In this document: positions 17,192-27,670 of the stretch, piece by piece
Layout of the letters: each line of letters starts with the position of its first letter
Numbering within the stretch: the first letter of the stretch is position 1
Assembly: GCA_050010715.1 (NCBI GenBank)
Contig: JBEKKM010000005.1
Span: forward strand, 18,687 to 82,686
Direction of reading: 5' to 3'
DNA length: 64,000 nt
DNA from: Xanthobacteraceae bacterium
GTDB lineage: Bacteria; Pseudomonadota; Alphaproteobacteria; Rhizobiales; Xanthobacteraceae
Made by a program: the position numbers and the translations under genes
Notes under the pieces: model-generated
The model's input: only the letters and a program-made list of their open reading frames with translations
Told to the model about the DNA's origin: nothing
Databases searched by the model: none

Positions 17192-19468
17192 TTACTTGCG
17201 CGCGTCTTGCACGAGCTGCCACACCCGCGACGGTGACAGCGGCAGATCGCGCGGCTCGACGCCGAACGAGCTCAGCGCATCGGCGACCGCATTGGCGATG
17301 ACGCCGCCGACCGAGATGATGCCGCCCTCGCCGGCGCCCTTGGCGCCGAGCGGGTTGATCGGCGAGGGATGCGACTCCATCACAAAACCGCGGATTTTTG
17401 GAAAGTCGCTCGCGGTCGGGATGAGATAATCGGCGAGCGAGCCGGTCAGCAGCTGGCCGTTGTCGTCATAGGCGAGATGCTCCATGAACGCGCCGCCAAG
17501 GCCCTGCACCACGGCGCCGACCAGCTGGCCCTTGAGCGTCAGCGGATTGATCATGCGGCCGCAATTCTCCACGGCCACGTAATCGATGAGCGCGACGGCG
17601 CCGGTTTTTGGATCGACCGCGACATGGGCGGCATGCGCGCCGTAAGCCCAGGTGTGCTTGTGGTTGGAAAACGCACCTTCGACCGACAGCGGCTCCGGCG
17701 CCAGCTCCGCCCACGACACCGATTTGCCGTCGGGCGCCGTGGCCCGGCCGTCGGCGAGCACGACCTCGGCGGAGCCGCAGTTGAGCCGCCGTGCCGCTTC
17801 CGCGCTCATGGCCGCCCGCAGTTTTGCCGCCGCGTCGAGCACGGCCGAACCGCCCATGACGATCGAGCGCGAGTGGTAGGAGCCGTAGCCGTCGCTGACG
17901 TAAGCCGTCGAGCCGTGGAACACGTGATTGATGCGATCCATCGGCATGTCCATGGCGTCGGCGGCGATTTGCGCGAATGCCGTCTCCAGTCCCTGGCCGA
18001 CGCCGGACGAGCCCATATAGACCGTGAGCGTGCCATCGGTTTCCAGCACCAGACGCGCACTTTCCTTCGGGCCGGCGGCGCCGCCTTCGATAAAGCAGCA
18101 CACAGCGAGGCCGTGGTAGCGGCCGTCGATGAGCTTGCCTTTTAGTTTTCCCTTTTCGGCCCAGCCGAATTCGGCGAGACAGCGCTCCAGCGTGACCTGA
18201 TAATCGCCGCTGTCGAGCTCGTCCTTGCTTTCGAACGGCGCGATGGTCGCGACCCGATACGGCATTTCGGCTTCGCGCACGAGATTGCGCCTGCGGAATT
18301 CGACTTGGTCGATGCCGAGATCGCGCGCCGCCATGTCGAGCAGGCGCTCGCGGAAAAAATCGGTCTCGAAGCGGCCCGGCCCGCGATAGGTGCCGACCGG
18401 TGTCTTGTTGGTCAGGAGCAGCGAAACGTCGAGATCGATATTGGGAACGCGATACGGCCCCGACATGAACTGCGCGATGTTGCGCGCGCCGACGGCGCCG
18501 TTGGTGCGCATATAGGCGCCCATGTCGACGAAGCCGTGGCCGCGCAGCCCGAGGATGGTGCCGTCGCGGGCGCAGGCGATCTCGACGTCGCATGCCGCCT
18601 CGCGGGCGTGGTTCATGGTCATCAGGTGCTCGCGGCGGTCCTCGGTCCATTTCACCGGCCGGCCGACGTGGCGCGCCGCGAACGGAATCAGAAAATCCTC
18701 CGGATAGAATTCGCCGCGCGCGCCAAAGCTGCCGCCGACGTCGTACTCGACCATGTCGATGGCATCGACGGCAAGACCGAGCTGCTTTGCGAGGATGCGG
18801 CGGTTGGCGAACAGCACCTTTGCGGCGCCCGACAGCGTCAGCCGGCCGCTCGCCGCATCCCATTCGGCAAGCAGGCCGCGCGGCTCCATGGGCAGCGCAG
18901 TGTGGCGCTGGGTGCTGAAGCGCTCGCGCCGCGTATAAGGCGCGTTTTTGAACGCCGCGTCGGCGTCGCCAAGCGTGGCGCGGAATTTCATCGTGACATT
19001 GCTGCCCTTGTGCTCGAACAGCAGCGTTTCGTTCTTCGCCGCGCTCTGCCAGTTGGCAATGGCCGGCAGCGGCTCGATGTCGACTTCGATGGTGCCGAGC
19101 GCATCCTCGGCAACGCCGGCGCTGTCGGCCAGCACCATGGCCAGCGCCTCGCCGACATAGCGCACCTTGTCGAGCGCCATGACCGGCTGGCCGAAGGCCT
19201 CAAACTCCGGCATCGGCTGCAGCCGCATCGGCACCAGCGGAATGCGATCGCCAAGATCGGCCGCGGTGATGACGGCATGCACGCCGGCGACTTTTTTCGC
19301 CCGCGACACGTCGATAGCGCGGATGCGGCCATGGGCGACCGCGCTGCGCAGGATCGCCGCATGCAACATATCCTTACGGGCAAGATCGTCGACATATTGG
19401 CCGCGGCCGCGGACGAAGCGAAAATCTTCCAACCGTTCGATCGGCTGGCCGACGAACGCTGTCCTCAT
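17192..19468 (-). CDS. Xanthine dehydrogenase family molybdopterin-binding (large) subunit, CoxL-like but not a CO dehydrogenase
   Basis: 758 aa. N-terminus VGQPIERLEDFRFVRGRGQYVDD. Active-site loop GTYRGPGRFETDF. Overlaps the FeS subunit gene (19465-19468). Confidence 0.9.
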   Translation of the reverse strand: MRTAFVGQPIERLEDFRFVRGRGQYVDDLARKDMLHAAILRSAVAHGRIRAIDVSRAKKVAGVHAVITAADLGDRIPLVPMRLQPMPEFEAFGQPVMALDKVRYVGEALAMVLADSAGVAEDALGTIEVDIEPLPAIANWQSAAKNETLLFEHKGSNVTMKFRATLGDADAAFKNAPYTRRERFSTQRHTALPMEPRGLLAEWDAASGRLTLSGAAKVLFANRRILAKQLGLAVDAIDMVEYDVGGSFGARGEFYPEDFLIPFAARHVGRPVKWTEDRREHLMTMNHAREAACDVEIACARDGTILGLRGHGFVDMGAYMRTNGAVGARNIAQFMSGPYRVPNIDLDVSLLLTNKTPVGTYRGPGRFETDFFRERLLDMAARDLGIDQVEFRRRNLVREAEMPYRVATIAPFESKDELDSGDYQVTLERCLAEFGWAEKGKLKGKLIDGRYHGLAVCCFIEGGAAGPKESARLVLETDGTLTVYMGSSGVGQGLETAFAQIAADAMDMPMDRINHVFHGSTAYVSDGYGSYHSRSIVMGGSAVLDAAAKLRAAMSAEAARRLNCGSAEVVLADGRATAPDGKSVSWAELAPEPLSVEGAFSNHKHTWAYGAHAAHVAVDPKTGAVALIDYVAVENCGRMINPLTLKGQLVGAVVQGLGGAFMEHLAYDDNGQLLTGSLADYLIPTASDFPKIRGFVMESHPSPINPLGAKGAGEGGIISVGGVIANAVADALSSFGVEPRDLPLSPSRVWQLVQDARK

Positions 19469-19944
19469 GCGCCGTTCCCGTCGCGCTTATAGGCCGCGCG
19501 CGCGTCGAGCACCGCTTCGACGATGGAAATATAACCGGTGCAGCGACACAGATTGCCGGACAGCACTTCGCGAACCCGATCGGCGTCGCAGTCGGGCTCC
19601 TCGCTGAGCAATGCATGCGCGGTGGTGATCATGCCCGGCGTGCAGAAGCCGCATTGCAGGGCGTGATGCTTGCGGAACGACGCCTGCAGCGGCGTCAAGC
19701 CTTCCTCGAGCGACAGGCCCTCGACGGTCACCACCTTGGCGCCATCGGCCTGCACCGCGAGCAACAGGCACGAGCGCACCGCCGCACCGTCGACCAGCAC
19801 GGTGCAGGAGCCGCACACACCGTGCTCGCAGCCGACATGGGTGCCGGTGAGCCGCAAATGATGGCGCAGGCAATCGGCCAGCGTCAGCCGTGGCTCGACT
19901 TCGACCTCGACCGGCTTGCCGTTGACTTCGAATTTTACCGGCAT
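19465..19944 (-). CDS. (2Fe-2S)-binding small subunit of molybdenum hydroxylase (CoxS-like)
   Basis: 159 aa. Cys motifs [11 protein letters not shown] and CGFCTPG..C..C. Confidence 0.92.
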   Translation of the reverse strand: MPVKFEVNGKPVEVEVEPRLTLADCLRHHLRLTGTHVGCEHGVCGSCTVLVDGAAVRSCLLLAVQADGAKVVTVEGLSLEEGLTPLQASFRKHHALQCGFCTPGMITTAHALLSEEPDCDADRVREVLSGNLCRCTGYISIVEAVLDARAAYKRDGNGA

Positions 19945-19955
19945 GGTTTTGATCG

Positions 19956-20810
19956 CTACGCCGCCGCGCTTTTGAGCGCGCGCTCGACCATGACGCCGAT
20001 CAGCGCTTTGCGATAGGCGCCGCCGGCGTGGATATCGTCATGGGGATCGACCGACGCCGATGCCGCGGCTTCGGCCTTGGCGATGACGGCCTCGTCGATC
20101 TTGTTGCCGTTAAGGACTTGCTCGACGGCGGGAAGCCGCAACGGCCGGTCGGCGACGCCGATGGCACCGACATGTGCGTTGCTCACCTTCCCGCCGTCCT
20201 CGTCGTAGAACAGCATCGCCGCGGCCAGCGCAAAATCGCCGCGGCGGCGGGCGAATTCCTGAAAGCCGAAGCGGCGCTCGGCCGGCCATGCCGCCAGACG
20301 GATTTCGGTGATGATCTCGTCGGGCTTGAGCGCGGTCATCAGCGGGCCCTGGAAAAAATTCTCCGCCTCGATCACCCGCGCACCGGATTTGCCGACGACG
20401 GCGATCTTCGCCTCGCAGGTCACGACGATGCCCGGCATCTCGGCGGCGGGATCAGCGTGGGCGATGCTGCCACCGACGGTGCCGCGGTTGCGGATTTGAT
20501 AATGCGCGACGTGTTCGACGGCCGCGACCAGCAGCGGCTGCGCCGTGCGCAAGCGCGCATCGTCGAGGATGTCGCGCCAGCGCACCATGGCGCCAAGCGT
20601 GACGCCGTCGTCAGCGATTTTGATCTGTCGCAGCTCGGCAAGCTTGCGCAAATCGACCAGCAGCGATGGCGAAGCGACGCGGAACGCCAGCATCGGCACC
20701 AGACTCTGGCCGCCGGCCAGCGGCTTGGCCTCACCGTCATGCGACGCCAAGAGCGCCACTGCTTCGTCGATTGTGGTCGGGCAGGCATATTCGAAGGGCG
20801 GTAATTTCAT
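19956..20810 (-). CDS. FAD-binding medium subunit of molybdenum hydroxylase (CoxM-like)
   Basis: 284 aa. GGQSLVPML and TVGGSIAHADPAAE FAD-binding motifs. Confidence 0.9.
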   Translation of the reverse strand: MKLPPFEYACPTTIDEAVALLASHDGEAKPLAGGQSLVPMLAFRVASPSLLVDLRKLAELRQIKIADDGVTLGAMVRWRDILDDARLRTAQPLLVAAVEHVAHYQIRNRGTVGGSIAHADPAAEMPGIVVTCEAKIAVVGKSGARVIEAENFFQGPLMTALKPDEIITEIRLAAWPAERRFGFQEFARRRGDFALAAAMLFYDEDGGKVSNAHVGAIGVADRPLRLPAVEQVLNGNKIDEAVIAKAEAAASASVDPHDDIHAGGAYRKALIGVMVERALKSAAA

Positions 20811-20903
20811 ATCCCGGCACGCTTCCTTCGAACCGCCGAAACAGGCGCATTTTCAGCCATTTTCTAGCATCGCCGCCCACACTCGGTCAACGCGCCGCGG
20901 CCA

Positions 20904-21143
20904 TTACGACGTGTCGTCGTCACGCTTGTTGGCGTCGGACAGCACCTTCCACAGCGCGACCCCGTAGTTCACGATGTGCTCTTCCTGGCAATGCTCACAG
21001 CGGTAGGTCCGCATGTCGTCGCCCGACATCGTGCTCTTATCTATCATGTCCATTTCCCGGCCGCATTTGGGACAATCCGTCAGCGACGGCGGCCGCACTG
21101 GTTTGCGGCTGTATATGCGTTTGATCCAAGAGGGCAGCTTCAT
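20904..21143 (-). CDS. Small zinc-ribbon protein (hypothetical)
   Basis: 79 aa from ATG 21143 (AAGGAAA upstream): MKLPSWIKRIYSRKPVRPPSLTDCPKCGREMDM...YRCEHCQEEH. Two CxxC pairs. Sits between the two hydroxylase gene sets. Confidence 0.55.
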   Translation of the reverse strand: MKLPSWIKRIYSRKPVRPPSLTDCPKCGREMDMIDKSTMSGDDMRTYRCEHCQEEHIVNYGVALWKVLSDANKRDDDTS

Positions 21144-21166
21144 TGAAATTTCCTTCGAAGCTGGAA

Positions 21167-23479
21167 TTAAGAACGCACTCCTGCCCTTGATTGCCGCGCG
21201 GTTTGGATCATCTCCCATACCCGCGGCGGCGTCAGCGGCAATTCGCGAAGCGAGACACCAAGCGAACCCAGCGCCGCAGCGACAGCATTGGCAACGACAC
21301 CGCCGACCGGAATGATGCCGCCCTCGCCCGCACCCTTGGCGCCGAGTGGATTGAGCGGTGACGGTTTCTGCTCCAGCGCCACCGCGCGAATGCTCGGGAA
21401 ATCGCTCGCCGTCGGCATCAGGTAATCGGCGAACGAGCCGGTGAGGAATTGGCCATTTTCGTCATAGATGAAGTGTTCGAGCAACGCGCCGCCCAGGCCC
21501 TGCACGACGGCGCCGACGCATTGGCCGTGCAATGTCAGCGGATTGACGATGCGGCCGACGTCTTCGACGGCGACGTAATCGATCAATTCGACGCGGCCGG
21601 TTTTGGGATCGACCGTCACATATGCGGCGTGCGCGCCGTAGGAATAAGTCCGCTTGTTGCTCGCATGCGTGCCGTCGGCGGCAAGGCCGGCGAACTCCTT
21701 GAGTTCGAGCATGGCGCGGTCTGGTCCGACCACCATCTCGTTGTCGAATGAAATTTCGTTCGCCGCGCAGCCGAGCCGCTGCGCGGCTGCCTCACGCATG
21801 AGCGCGCGCAGCCGATTGGCGGCGTCGACGATGGCGTTGCCGCCCATGACGATGGAGCGCGACGAGAACGAGCCAAAACCTTCGGTGACATAATCGGTCG
21901 AGCCGTGGAACACATTGTTGATGCGCTCCATCGGCAGTTCGAGCGCATCGGCGGCGATCTGCGAAAATACCGTTTCGACGCCTTGCCCGACCGACGACGA
22001 GCCGACGAACACCGAGATCTTGCCGTCGGCCTCGATGAGGAGCCGCGCATTTTCCCGCGGCCCGGTCCCGCCGCCTTCGAGATAGCAGCCGATGGCGATG
22101 CCGTGGTAGCGGCCGTCGATCAGCCCGCCCTGCAGCTTCGACCGCTCGGCCCAATTGAATTCGGCGAGGCAGCGGTCGAGCGTCATCTGATAATCGCCGC
22201 TGTCGCATTCGCTGACGATGTCGAGTACCTGCACTTTCGCCAGCGCATAGGGCATGTCGGCTTCGGCGATTAGATTGCGGCGGCGGAATTCGACCCGATC
22301 GATGCCGAGATCGGCCGCCACCATGTCGAACAGCCGTTCGCGGCAGAAATCCGACTCGAAGCGACCTGGCCCGCGATAGGTGCCCGACGGCGTCTTGTTG
22401 GTCACCACCATGGTCACGTCCATGCGCACGTGGGGGATGCGATAGGGCCCGGACATGATTTGCGAAATATTGCGCGACGCGGTGGCGCCGTTGGTGCGCA
22501 CATAGGCGCCGAGATCGGTATAAGCGTGGCCACGCAAGGCGAGAATGTTGCCGTCGCGAGTGCAGGCGATTTCGAGATCGCATGCGGCATCGCGCGCGTG
22601 GCTGAGCGATATCAAATTCTCGCGCCGGTCCTCGGTCCACTTCACCGGACGACCGACGACACGCGCCGCGAATGGAATCAAAAAATCCTCCGGATAAAAC
22701 TCGCCGCGCGCGCCGAAACCGCCGCCGACGTCGTATTCAAGCATCCGCACTGAAGCCTCGGGGAGCTTCATCATCTGTGCCAGCGCGCGGCGGTTGTTGA
22801 ACGGCACTTTGCAGACGCCGGACACCGTCACGCGTAGTTTCGCGGCGTCCCAGTCGGCGACCAGCCCGCGCGGCTCCATCGGCACCGCGCCGTGGCGTTG
22901 CACCTTGAAATGCTCGCGGCGGACGTAAGGCGCATTTTTGAAGGCCGCATCGGTGTCGCCAAGCGTGGCCGTGATGGTGCCTGCGATGTTGCTGCCGGTT
23001 TCTTCGAACAGGAAGACATCGTCCTTGCGCGCGGCATCACGGTCGACCACCGCGGCAAGCGGCTCGATATCGACGCCGATCGCCTCCAATGCGTCTTCGG
23101 CCAGCGCGACGCTATCGGCGACCACGACGGCGATCGGCTCACCGACAAAGCGGACTTTGTCGGCGGCAATGATCGGCTGCACGTAACGCTTGGACGACGG
23201 CAGCGGATCGTGCCGCAATGGAATCGTCGGTATCTCCCCGATATCGGCCGCGGTGATCACGGCATGGACGCCGGGCCGCGCCCGGGCCGCCGCGGTGTCG
23301 ATCGAGCGGATGCGGCCGTGCGCGACGGAGCTGCGCAGGATCACCGCATGCAGCATTGTTTCGCCGGCGAGATCGTCGGTGTATTGGCCGCGCCCGGTGA
23401 GGAAGCGCAAATCCTCGAGCCGCTCGATCGGGCTACCGATGAAGGCGTTGGTGGCGCGGCGCGTTGTCGGGGCGGTCAT
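21167..23479 (-). CDS. Second xanthine dehydrogenase family molybdopterin-binding large subunit (paralogue of 17192-19468)
   Basis: 770 aa. IGSPIERLEDLRFLTGRGQYTDD. Same loop GTYRGPGRFESDF. No adjacent FeS/FAD genes of its own. Confidence 0.9.
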   Translation of the reverse strand: MTAPTTRRATNAFIGSPIERLEDLRFLTGRGQYTDDLAGETMLHAVILRSSVAHGRIRSIDTAAARARPGVHAVITAADIGEIPTIPLRHDPLPSSKRYVQPIIAADKVRFVGEPIAVVVADSVALAEDALEAIGVDIEPLAAVVDRDAARKDDVFLFEETGSNIAGTITATLGDTDAAFKNAPYVRREHFKVQRHGAVPMEPRGLVADWDAAKLRVTVSGVCKVPFNNRRALAQMMKLPEASVRMLEYDVGGGFGARGEFYPEDFLIPFAARVVGRPVKWTEDRRENLISLSHARDAACDLEIACTRDGNILALRGHAYTDLGAYVRTNGATASRNISQIMSGPYRIPHVRMDVTMVVTNKTPSGTYRGPGRFESDFCRERLFDMVAADLGIDRVEFRRRNLIAEADMPYALAKVQVLDIVSECDSGDYQMTLDRCLAEFNWAERSKLQGGLIDGRYHGIAIGCYLEGGGTGPRENARLLIEADGKISVFVGSSSVGQGVETVFSQIAADALELPMERINNVFHGSTDYVTEGFGSFSSRSIVMGGNAIVDAANRLRALMREAAAQRLGCAANEISFDNEMVVGPDRAMLELKEFAGLAADGTHASNKRTYSYGAHAAYVTVDPKTGRVELIDYVAVEDVGRIVNPLTLHGQCVGAVVQGLGGALLEHFIYDENGQFLTGSFADYLMPTASDFPSIRAVALEQKPSPLNPLGAKGAGEGGIIPVGGVVANAVAAALGSLGVSLRELPLTPPRVWEMIQTARQSRAGVRS

Positions 23480-24276
23480 ATGACGATTGTAGCATCCAGA
23501 TTGATCAGCGCACGGGCGACGCTGAGCGCCGCCAGCGCCGAGGTTTTGGGGTTGCTGCGCGACGGCTTGCCTTGCAGCTGGATGGCGAAACGCCCGGCGG
23601 CGCCTTCGGCTTCGATCTCGTGCACGTTGCCGGGCGCGTCGGGATCGGCGACTAGCTCGACCTCGGTTTTGTCAAAACCCAGGCCGGCGAGCGCCACCGC
23701 GGCGGCGACGTTGGCGTTCTGCGGATAAAGCAGCGCCGCCTCGCCGGCGGTGCCGCGGTAGAGCACGGTACGGCCGGCCAACTTGTCGAGATCCGCGACC
23801 TTTTCAGCCGGCGAGCCGCGCCACGCCGCTGGCGGCTTGCGCGAGCGGTAGCGCACCGAACCGAGCCCGCCGAGGCGCATCGCCGCAATGGCATCAATAC
23901 CGCCGATGGCGCCGGCCGGCAGCAGCATGCGGCTTTTGCCTTCGCGCGCCGCTGTCTTGAGGCGATCGAGCAGCGCCGATTCGGCGAGCGCCCCGACGGA
24001 AATTATTAGGAGATCATAACCGCGGCGCAACACTTCTGGCCCATGCTCCGCCAACGCTGGCTGCCCGGCGACTTCGGCGATGATGGCCGGGCGCAACGCC
24101 AGCAAATCGGCCAGCGATTCCACGACAGCGACGCCGCCGAGCGCGGCGCGCGCTTTCGCCGTCCGTCCTGGCCGGCACAACGCGCCGACAATCTTGGCGC
24201 CGCCGCCGGCCGCGCGCAGCGCTGCGACCACGTCCTGGGCGATACCGCCGTAGCCGATCAATCCGATCGAGGTCAT
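23476..24276 (-). CDS. Aspartate dehydrogenase domain protein (NadX-like)
   Basis: 266 aa. MTSIGLIGYGGIAQDV Rossmann start and GAIGGIDAIAA motif. Stop overlaps the start of the downstream large-subunit gene. Confidence 0.75.
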   Translation of the reverse strand: MTSIGLIGYGGIAQDVVAALRAAGGGAKIVGALCRPGRTAKARAALGGVAVVESLADLLALRPAIIAEVAGQPALAEHGPEVLRRGYDLLIISVGALAESALLDRLKTAAREGKSRMLLPAGAIGGIDAIAAMRLGGLGSVRYRSRKPPAAWRGSPAEKVADLDKLAGRTVLYRGTAGEAALLYPQNANVAAAVALAGLGFDKTEVELVADPDAPGNVHEIEAEGAAGRFAIQLQGKPSRSNPKTSALAALSVARALINLDATIVI

Positions 24277-24301
24277 AAATTTTCGTGTCCGGCTTTGCTC
24301 A

Positions 24302-25285
24302 TCAATTCACATCGATATGCACGCCGGCTGCCTTGACCACGTCCCGCCATTTCGGCCGTTCGGCGGCGATGAAGGCCGCAAAGGCGTCGGGAGTCATCGG
24401 CGCCGGCTCGCCGCCGACTTTGGTCAACGCCGCGACCACGTCGGGCGCCTCGAAAACGTGCTTCACCTCGGCTGCGAGTTTTTCCACGATCGGGCGCGGC
24501 GTGCCCGCGGGCGCAAACAGGCCCTGCCAGCCCGTGACCGAGAAACCCTTTATGGTCTCGCCGATGGTCGGCAGGTCCGGCGCGCTGGCGAGGCGTTCCG
24601 CGCTGGTCACAGCCAGCGCACGTACCGCGCCGGCCTGCGCCTGCGGCCACAGCGTGGTCATGCTGTCGATGGCGAGATCGACATTGCCGCTCATCATGGC
24701 GGTCAACTCGTCGGTCGTGCTGCGGAACGGCACGTGCGTCATATGCGTGCCGGTGGCGAGCGCGAACATCACGACGGAAAGCTGCGACGAGGTGCCGATG
24801 CCGGAGGAGCCGTAGTTGAGCTTGCCGTCATTGACCTTCAGATAAGCGATCAATTCCGGCACGGTTTTCACTGGAACTTTTTGATTGACGACCAGCAGGT
24901 TGGGCAGGTGCACCAGAAGCGAGATCGGCTGAAAATCGCGCTCCGGATCGTAGGGCAATTTGCTGAAGACGAATTCGTTGAGCACGATGCCGCTGAGCGT
25001 GCCGAGCAGCAACGTGTAACCGTCGTTCGGCGCTTTCGCCACGTAAGCCGTGCCCACGCTGCCGCCGGCGCCGGAACGGTTCTCAACCACGAACGGCGAA
25101 TGGAAATCCGCTTCCATGTGCTGCTGCAGGATGCGCGCCAGCAAGTCCGCCGAGCCGCCGGCCTGGAACGGCACCACGATCGTCACCGGTCGCTGCGGCC
25201 ACGCCTCCTCGGCCCACGCCGGCGCCGCGATGGCGAGCAAAATGGCCGTGACCAATGCCAATGCAAAACGCATAAAACGTCTCAC
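24302..25285 (-). CDS. Bug family (TctC-like) tripartite tricarboxylate transporter substrate-binding protein
   Basis: 327 aa. Signal peptide, then WPQRPVTIVVPFQAGGSADLLARIL and VENRSGAGG, typical of Bug proteins. Confidence 0.88.
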   Translation of the reverse strand: MRRFMRFALALVTAILLAIAAPAWAEEAWPQRPVTIVVPFQAGGSADLLARILQQHMEADFHSPFVVENRSGAGGSVGTAYVAKAPNDGYTLLLGTLSGIVLNEFVFSKLPYDPERDFQPISLLVHLPNLLVVNQKVPVKTVPELIAYLKVNDGKLNYGSSGIGTSSQLSVVMFALATGTHMTHVPFRSTTDELTAMMSGNVDLAIDSMTTLWPQAQAGAVRALAVTSAERLASAPDLPTIGETIKGFSVTGWQGLFAPAGTPRPIVEKLAAEVKHVFEAPDVVAALTKVGGEPAPMTPDAFAAFIAAERPKWRDVVKAAGVHIDVN

Positions 25286-26157
25286 TTGGCGCGCGGTTTC
25301 GATTTCGGCCCCATCGGTTCGGGATGGAACGGGCCGTCGCGCGCTTCCAGATAGGCCTTCAGTCCACCGGTGCGTTGCGCGTCGAACAGCCGCTGGCGAT
25401 CCTCGTTGTGCGACGAATGCGCCAGCGCGCTCAGCGCGCCTTCGAGCAGCAGCGCCGCATGCACGCCCGACGCCTGCAGCCCCTGCATGGCGATCGCCTT
25501 GTTGAGCCGGACCGACGGCTCCGGCACCAGGGCGATGCGGTTGGCCAGCGCGCGGGCGCGTGGCATCAGCTCGTCATGGGGCACCACCTCGTTGACCATG
25601 CCGATGCGCAGCGCCTCCTGGGCGTCGAAGTGATCGCCGGTCAGCGCCCAGCGGTTGGCCGCCTTCCAGCCGCACAAGGCCGTGAGCAGATAGCTGGTAT
25701 TGGACACCTGGCGCACTTCCGGCTGCGCGAACGTCGCTTTGTCGGAAGCGATCGTGATGTCGGCGGCAAGCTGGTACCAGAAGCCGCCGCCCATAGCCCA
25801 GCCGTTGACCGCGGCGATCACCGGCTTGCCCAGGCTCCACATGTGCTCCCAATGCTGCACGCGGCTGCCGTCGAGGCGTTGCCAATGCTCGATATATTCG
25901 GCGTGGCTCTTGCCCTGCGGATCGAGCGGCCGCACGCCGGAAGCCGGCGCCGCCTGCTGGTCGTAGCCGGCGGAAAACGCCGCGCCGTTGCCGGTGAGGA
26001 TGATGGCCCGCACATTGCGGTCGGCATCGGCCTCGTCGAGCGCGCGGTGGATTTCCGCCTCGAGATTGCGCGACAGCGCGTTCATGCGGTCGGGCCGGTT
26101 CAGCGTGATGGTCGCGACCTTGCCGTCGATGCTGTAAAGCAAATCCTGGTAGCTCAT
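25282..26157 (-). CDS. Enoyl-CoA hydratase/isomerase family protein
   Basis: ATG at 26157 (GGGAGGG upstream) gives MSYQDLLYSIDGKVATITLNRPDRMNAL and GNGAAFSAGYD. The ORF-track N-extension was rejected. Confidence 0.88.
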   Translation of the reverse strand: MSYQDLLYSIDGKVATITLNRPDRMNALSRNLEAEIHRALDEADADRNVRAIILTGNGAAFSAGYDQQAAPASGVRPLDPQGKSHAEYIEHWQRLDGSRVQHWEHMWSLGKPVIAAVNGWAMGGGFWYQLAADITIASDKATFAQPEVRQVSNTSYLLTALCGWKAANRWALTGDHFDAQEALRIGMVNEVVPHDELMPRARALANRIALVPEPSVRLNKAIAMQGLQASGVHAALLLEGALSALAHSSHNEDRQRLFDAQRTGGLKAYLEARDGPFHPEPMGPKSKPRAK

Positions 26158-26376
26158 AGTCCCTCCCGCGTTCGTGGCCGCAAAGCTACACTGCGGCGCG
26201 CGCCGATGGGAGGCCGCGCCCGGACGTTTCGGCATGGCTGGTCCGGGCAACCGGCGGTAGTTCGGGGCAAATTGCCGTGTCCATCGCGGGCGAATGCTGC
26301 TAGCTTTCCTGCAGATTGCAATGGCCGTGACTCACGGGCCCGATCATAAAAGCCGCGCCTAGGGTGGAGGACATCG

Positions 26377-27660
26377 ATGCTGACCAAAACGCCGCGCAAC
26401 GGAAAAAACGGCAAAGGCCTTTCGCGCGTCACCGAGCTGCCGAAGATCAGCACCTCGACCGACACCCGCGAGATTCTCGCTCACGCCGCCAAGGAAGCCC
26501 GGCAAGACAATTATTTCATCGTCGACGTCGACGCCCACGTCACCGAAACGGCGTTCTGGTCGGACGTCGTCGATCGCATGGAAAGCGACGTCTACAGGCA
26601 GATGGCGCGCGCTTTCAAGGAGCGTGGCAACGCGCCCGGCTTGATGAACTCGACGCCCGGCATGCTGTACCAAGACGTATTCGGCCGCATTCCGCATCAG
26701 CAGCGTCTCGGCGAAGCCGTTCCGGGCGGCCAAACCCACGCCCAGGTGACGCTGGTGCGGCGCGCCATGGACTCCATGGGCATCGACTACATGGTGGTGT
26801 TCCCGACGCCGATGCTGGTGCTGGGCATGCATCCGCAGGTCGAGATGGAGGTCGTGATCGGCAACGCCTTCAACAAATGGCTGACGGAAGAAGTGCTGCC
26901 GCAGGATACCCGCATCAAGGCGATGCTGTACCTGCCGTTCAACCATCCTGAAGCGTCGCTGAAGGCGGTCGAGATGTACGCCGACAATCCGAGCGTCATC
27001 GGCTTTTCGGTCACTTCGACGCGCTTCCGCGCCGTCAATCACGACAGCTATATGCCGCTCTATTCCGCCATCCAGGCGACCGGCAAGCCGCTGTCATTCC
27101 ACTCCGGCTTCCACTGGGGCGACCAGTCGATGCAGCAGTGCAATAAGTTTATTTCCATGCACGCCATCTCGTTCGTCTATTACAACATCATCCACATGAC
27201 GAACTGGATTATGAACGGCCTGCCGGAACGCTTCCCCAAGCTCAAGGTGGTGTGGATCGAAAGCGGGCTCGCCTGGATACCGTTCCTGATGCAGCGGCTC
27301 GATTCCGAATACATGATGCGCTCCTCGGAAGCGCCGCTGCTCAAGCGCAAGCCGAGCGAATACATGCGCGAGATGTTTTATTCGAGCCAGCCTCTGGAAC
27401 GCTCCAACATCGACCTCACCGAGGCGACATTCAAGGCGATGAAGGCCGAGACGCAGCTTCTATTCGCGTCGGATTGGCCGCACTGGGATTTCGACCTGCC
27501 GAATTCGATCACCACCCTGCCGTTCCTCGACGAGAAGGCCAAGCGCAACATTTTGGGCTTCAACTCGGCGCGGCTGTTCAATCTCGAAGTGCCCAAGCAC
27601 AAGCAGCTCAAGACCAAGCCGGGCAAGGCGCCGGCGCGGCGCGAGCCGGTGACGGCTTGA
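26377..27660 (+). CDS. Amidohydrolase family protein (amidohydrolase_2/ACMSD-like metal-dependent hydrolase or decarboxylase)
   Basis: 427 aa. FIVDVDAHVTE metal-ligand motif, later FHSGFHWG and FASDWPHWD. Confidence 0.8.
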   Translation: MLTKTPRNGKNGKGLSRVTELPKISTSTDTREILAHAAKEARQDNYFIVDVDAHVTETAFWSDVVDRMESDVYRQMARAFKERGNAPGLMNSTPGMLYQDVFGRIPHQQRLGEAVPGGQTHAQVTLVRRAMDSMGIDYMVVFPTPMLVLGMHPQVEMEVVIGNAFNKWLTEEVLPQDTRIKAMLYLPFNHPEASLKAVEMYADNPSVIGFSVTSTRFRAVNHDSYMPLYSAIQATGKPLSFHSGFHWGDQSMQQCNKFISMHAISFVYYNIIHMTNWIMNGLPERFPKLKVVWIESGLAWIPFLMQRLDSEYMMRSSEAPLLKRKPSEYMREMFYSSQPLERSNIDLTEATFKAMKAETQLLFASDWPHWDFDLPNSITTLPFLDEKAKRNILGFNSARLFNLEVPKHKQLKTKPGKAPARREPVTA

Positions 27661-27670
27661 GTTGAAATAA

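Noticed and set aside
17192-20810. coxMSL-ordered genes as an aerobic carbon monoxide dehydrogenase.
   Set aside because: The gene order matches, but the large-subunit active-site loop is GTYRGPGR. It is not the form I (AYxCSFR) or form II (AYRGAGR) signature, and no coxDEFG accessory genes are present. It is called a generic molybdenum hydroxylase instead.
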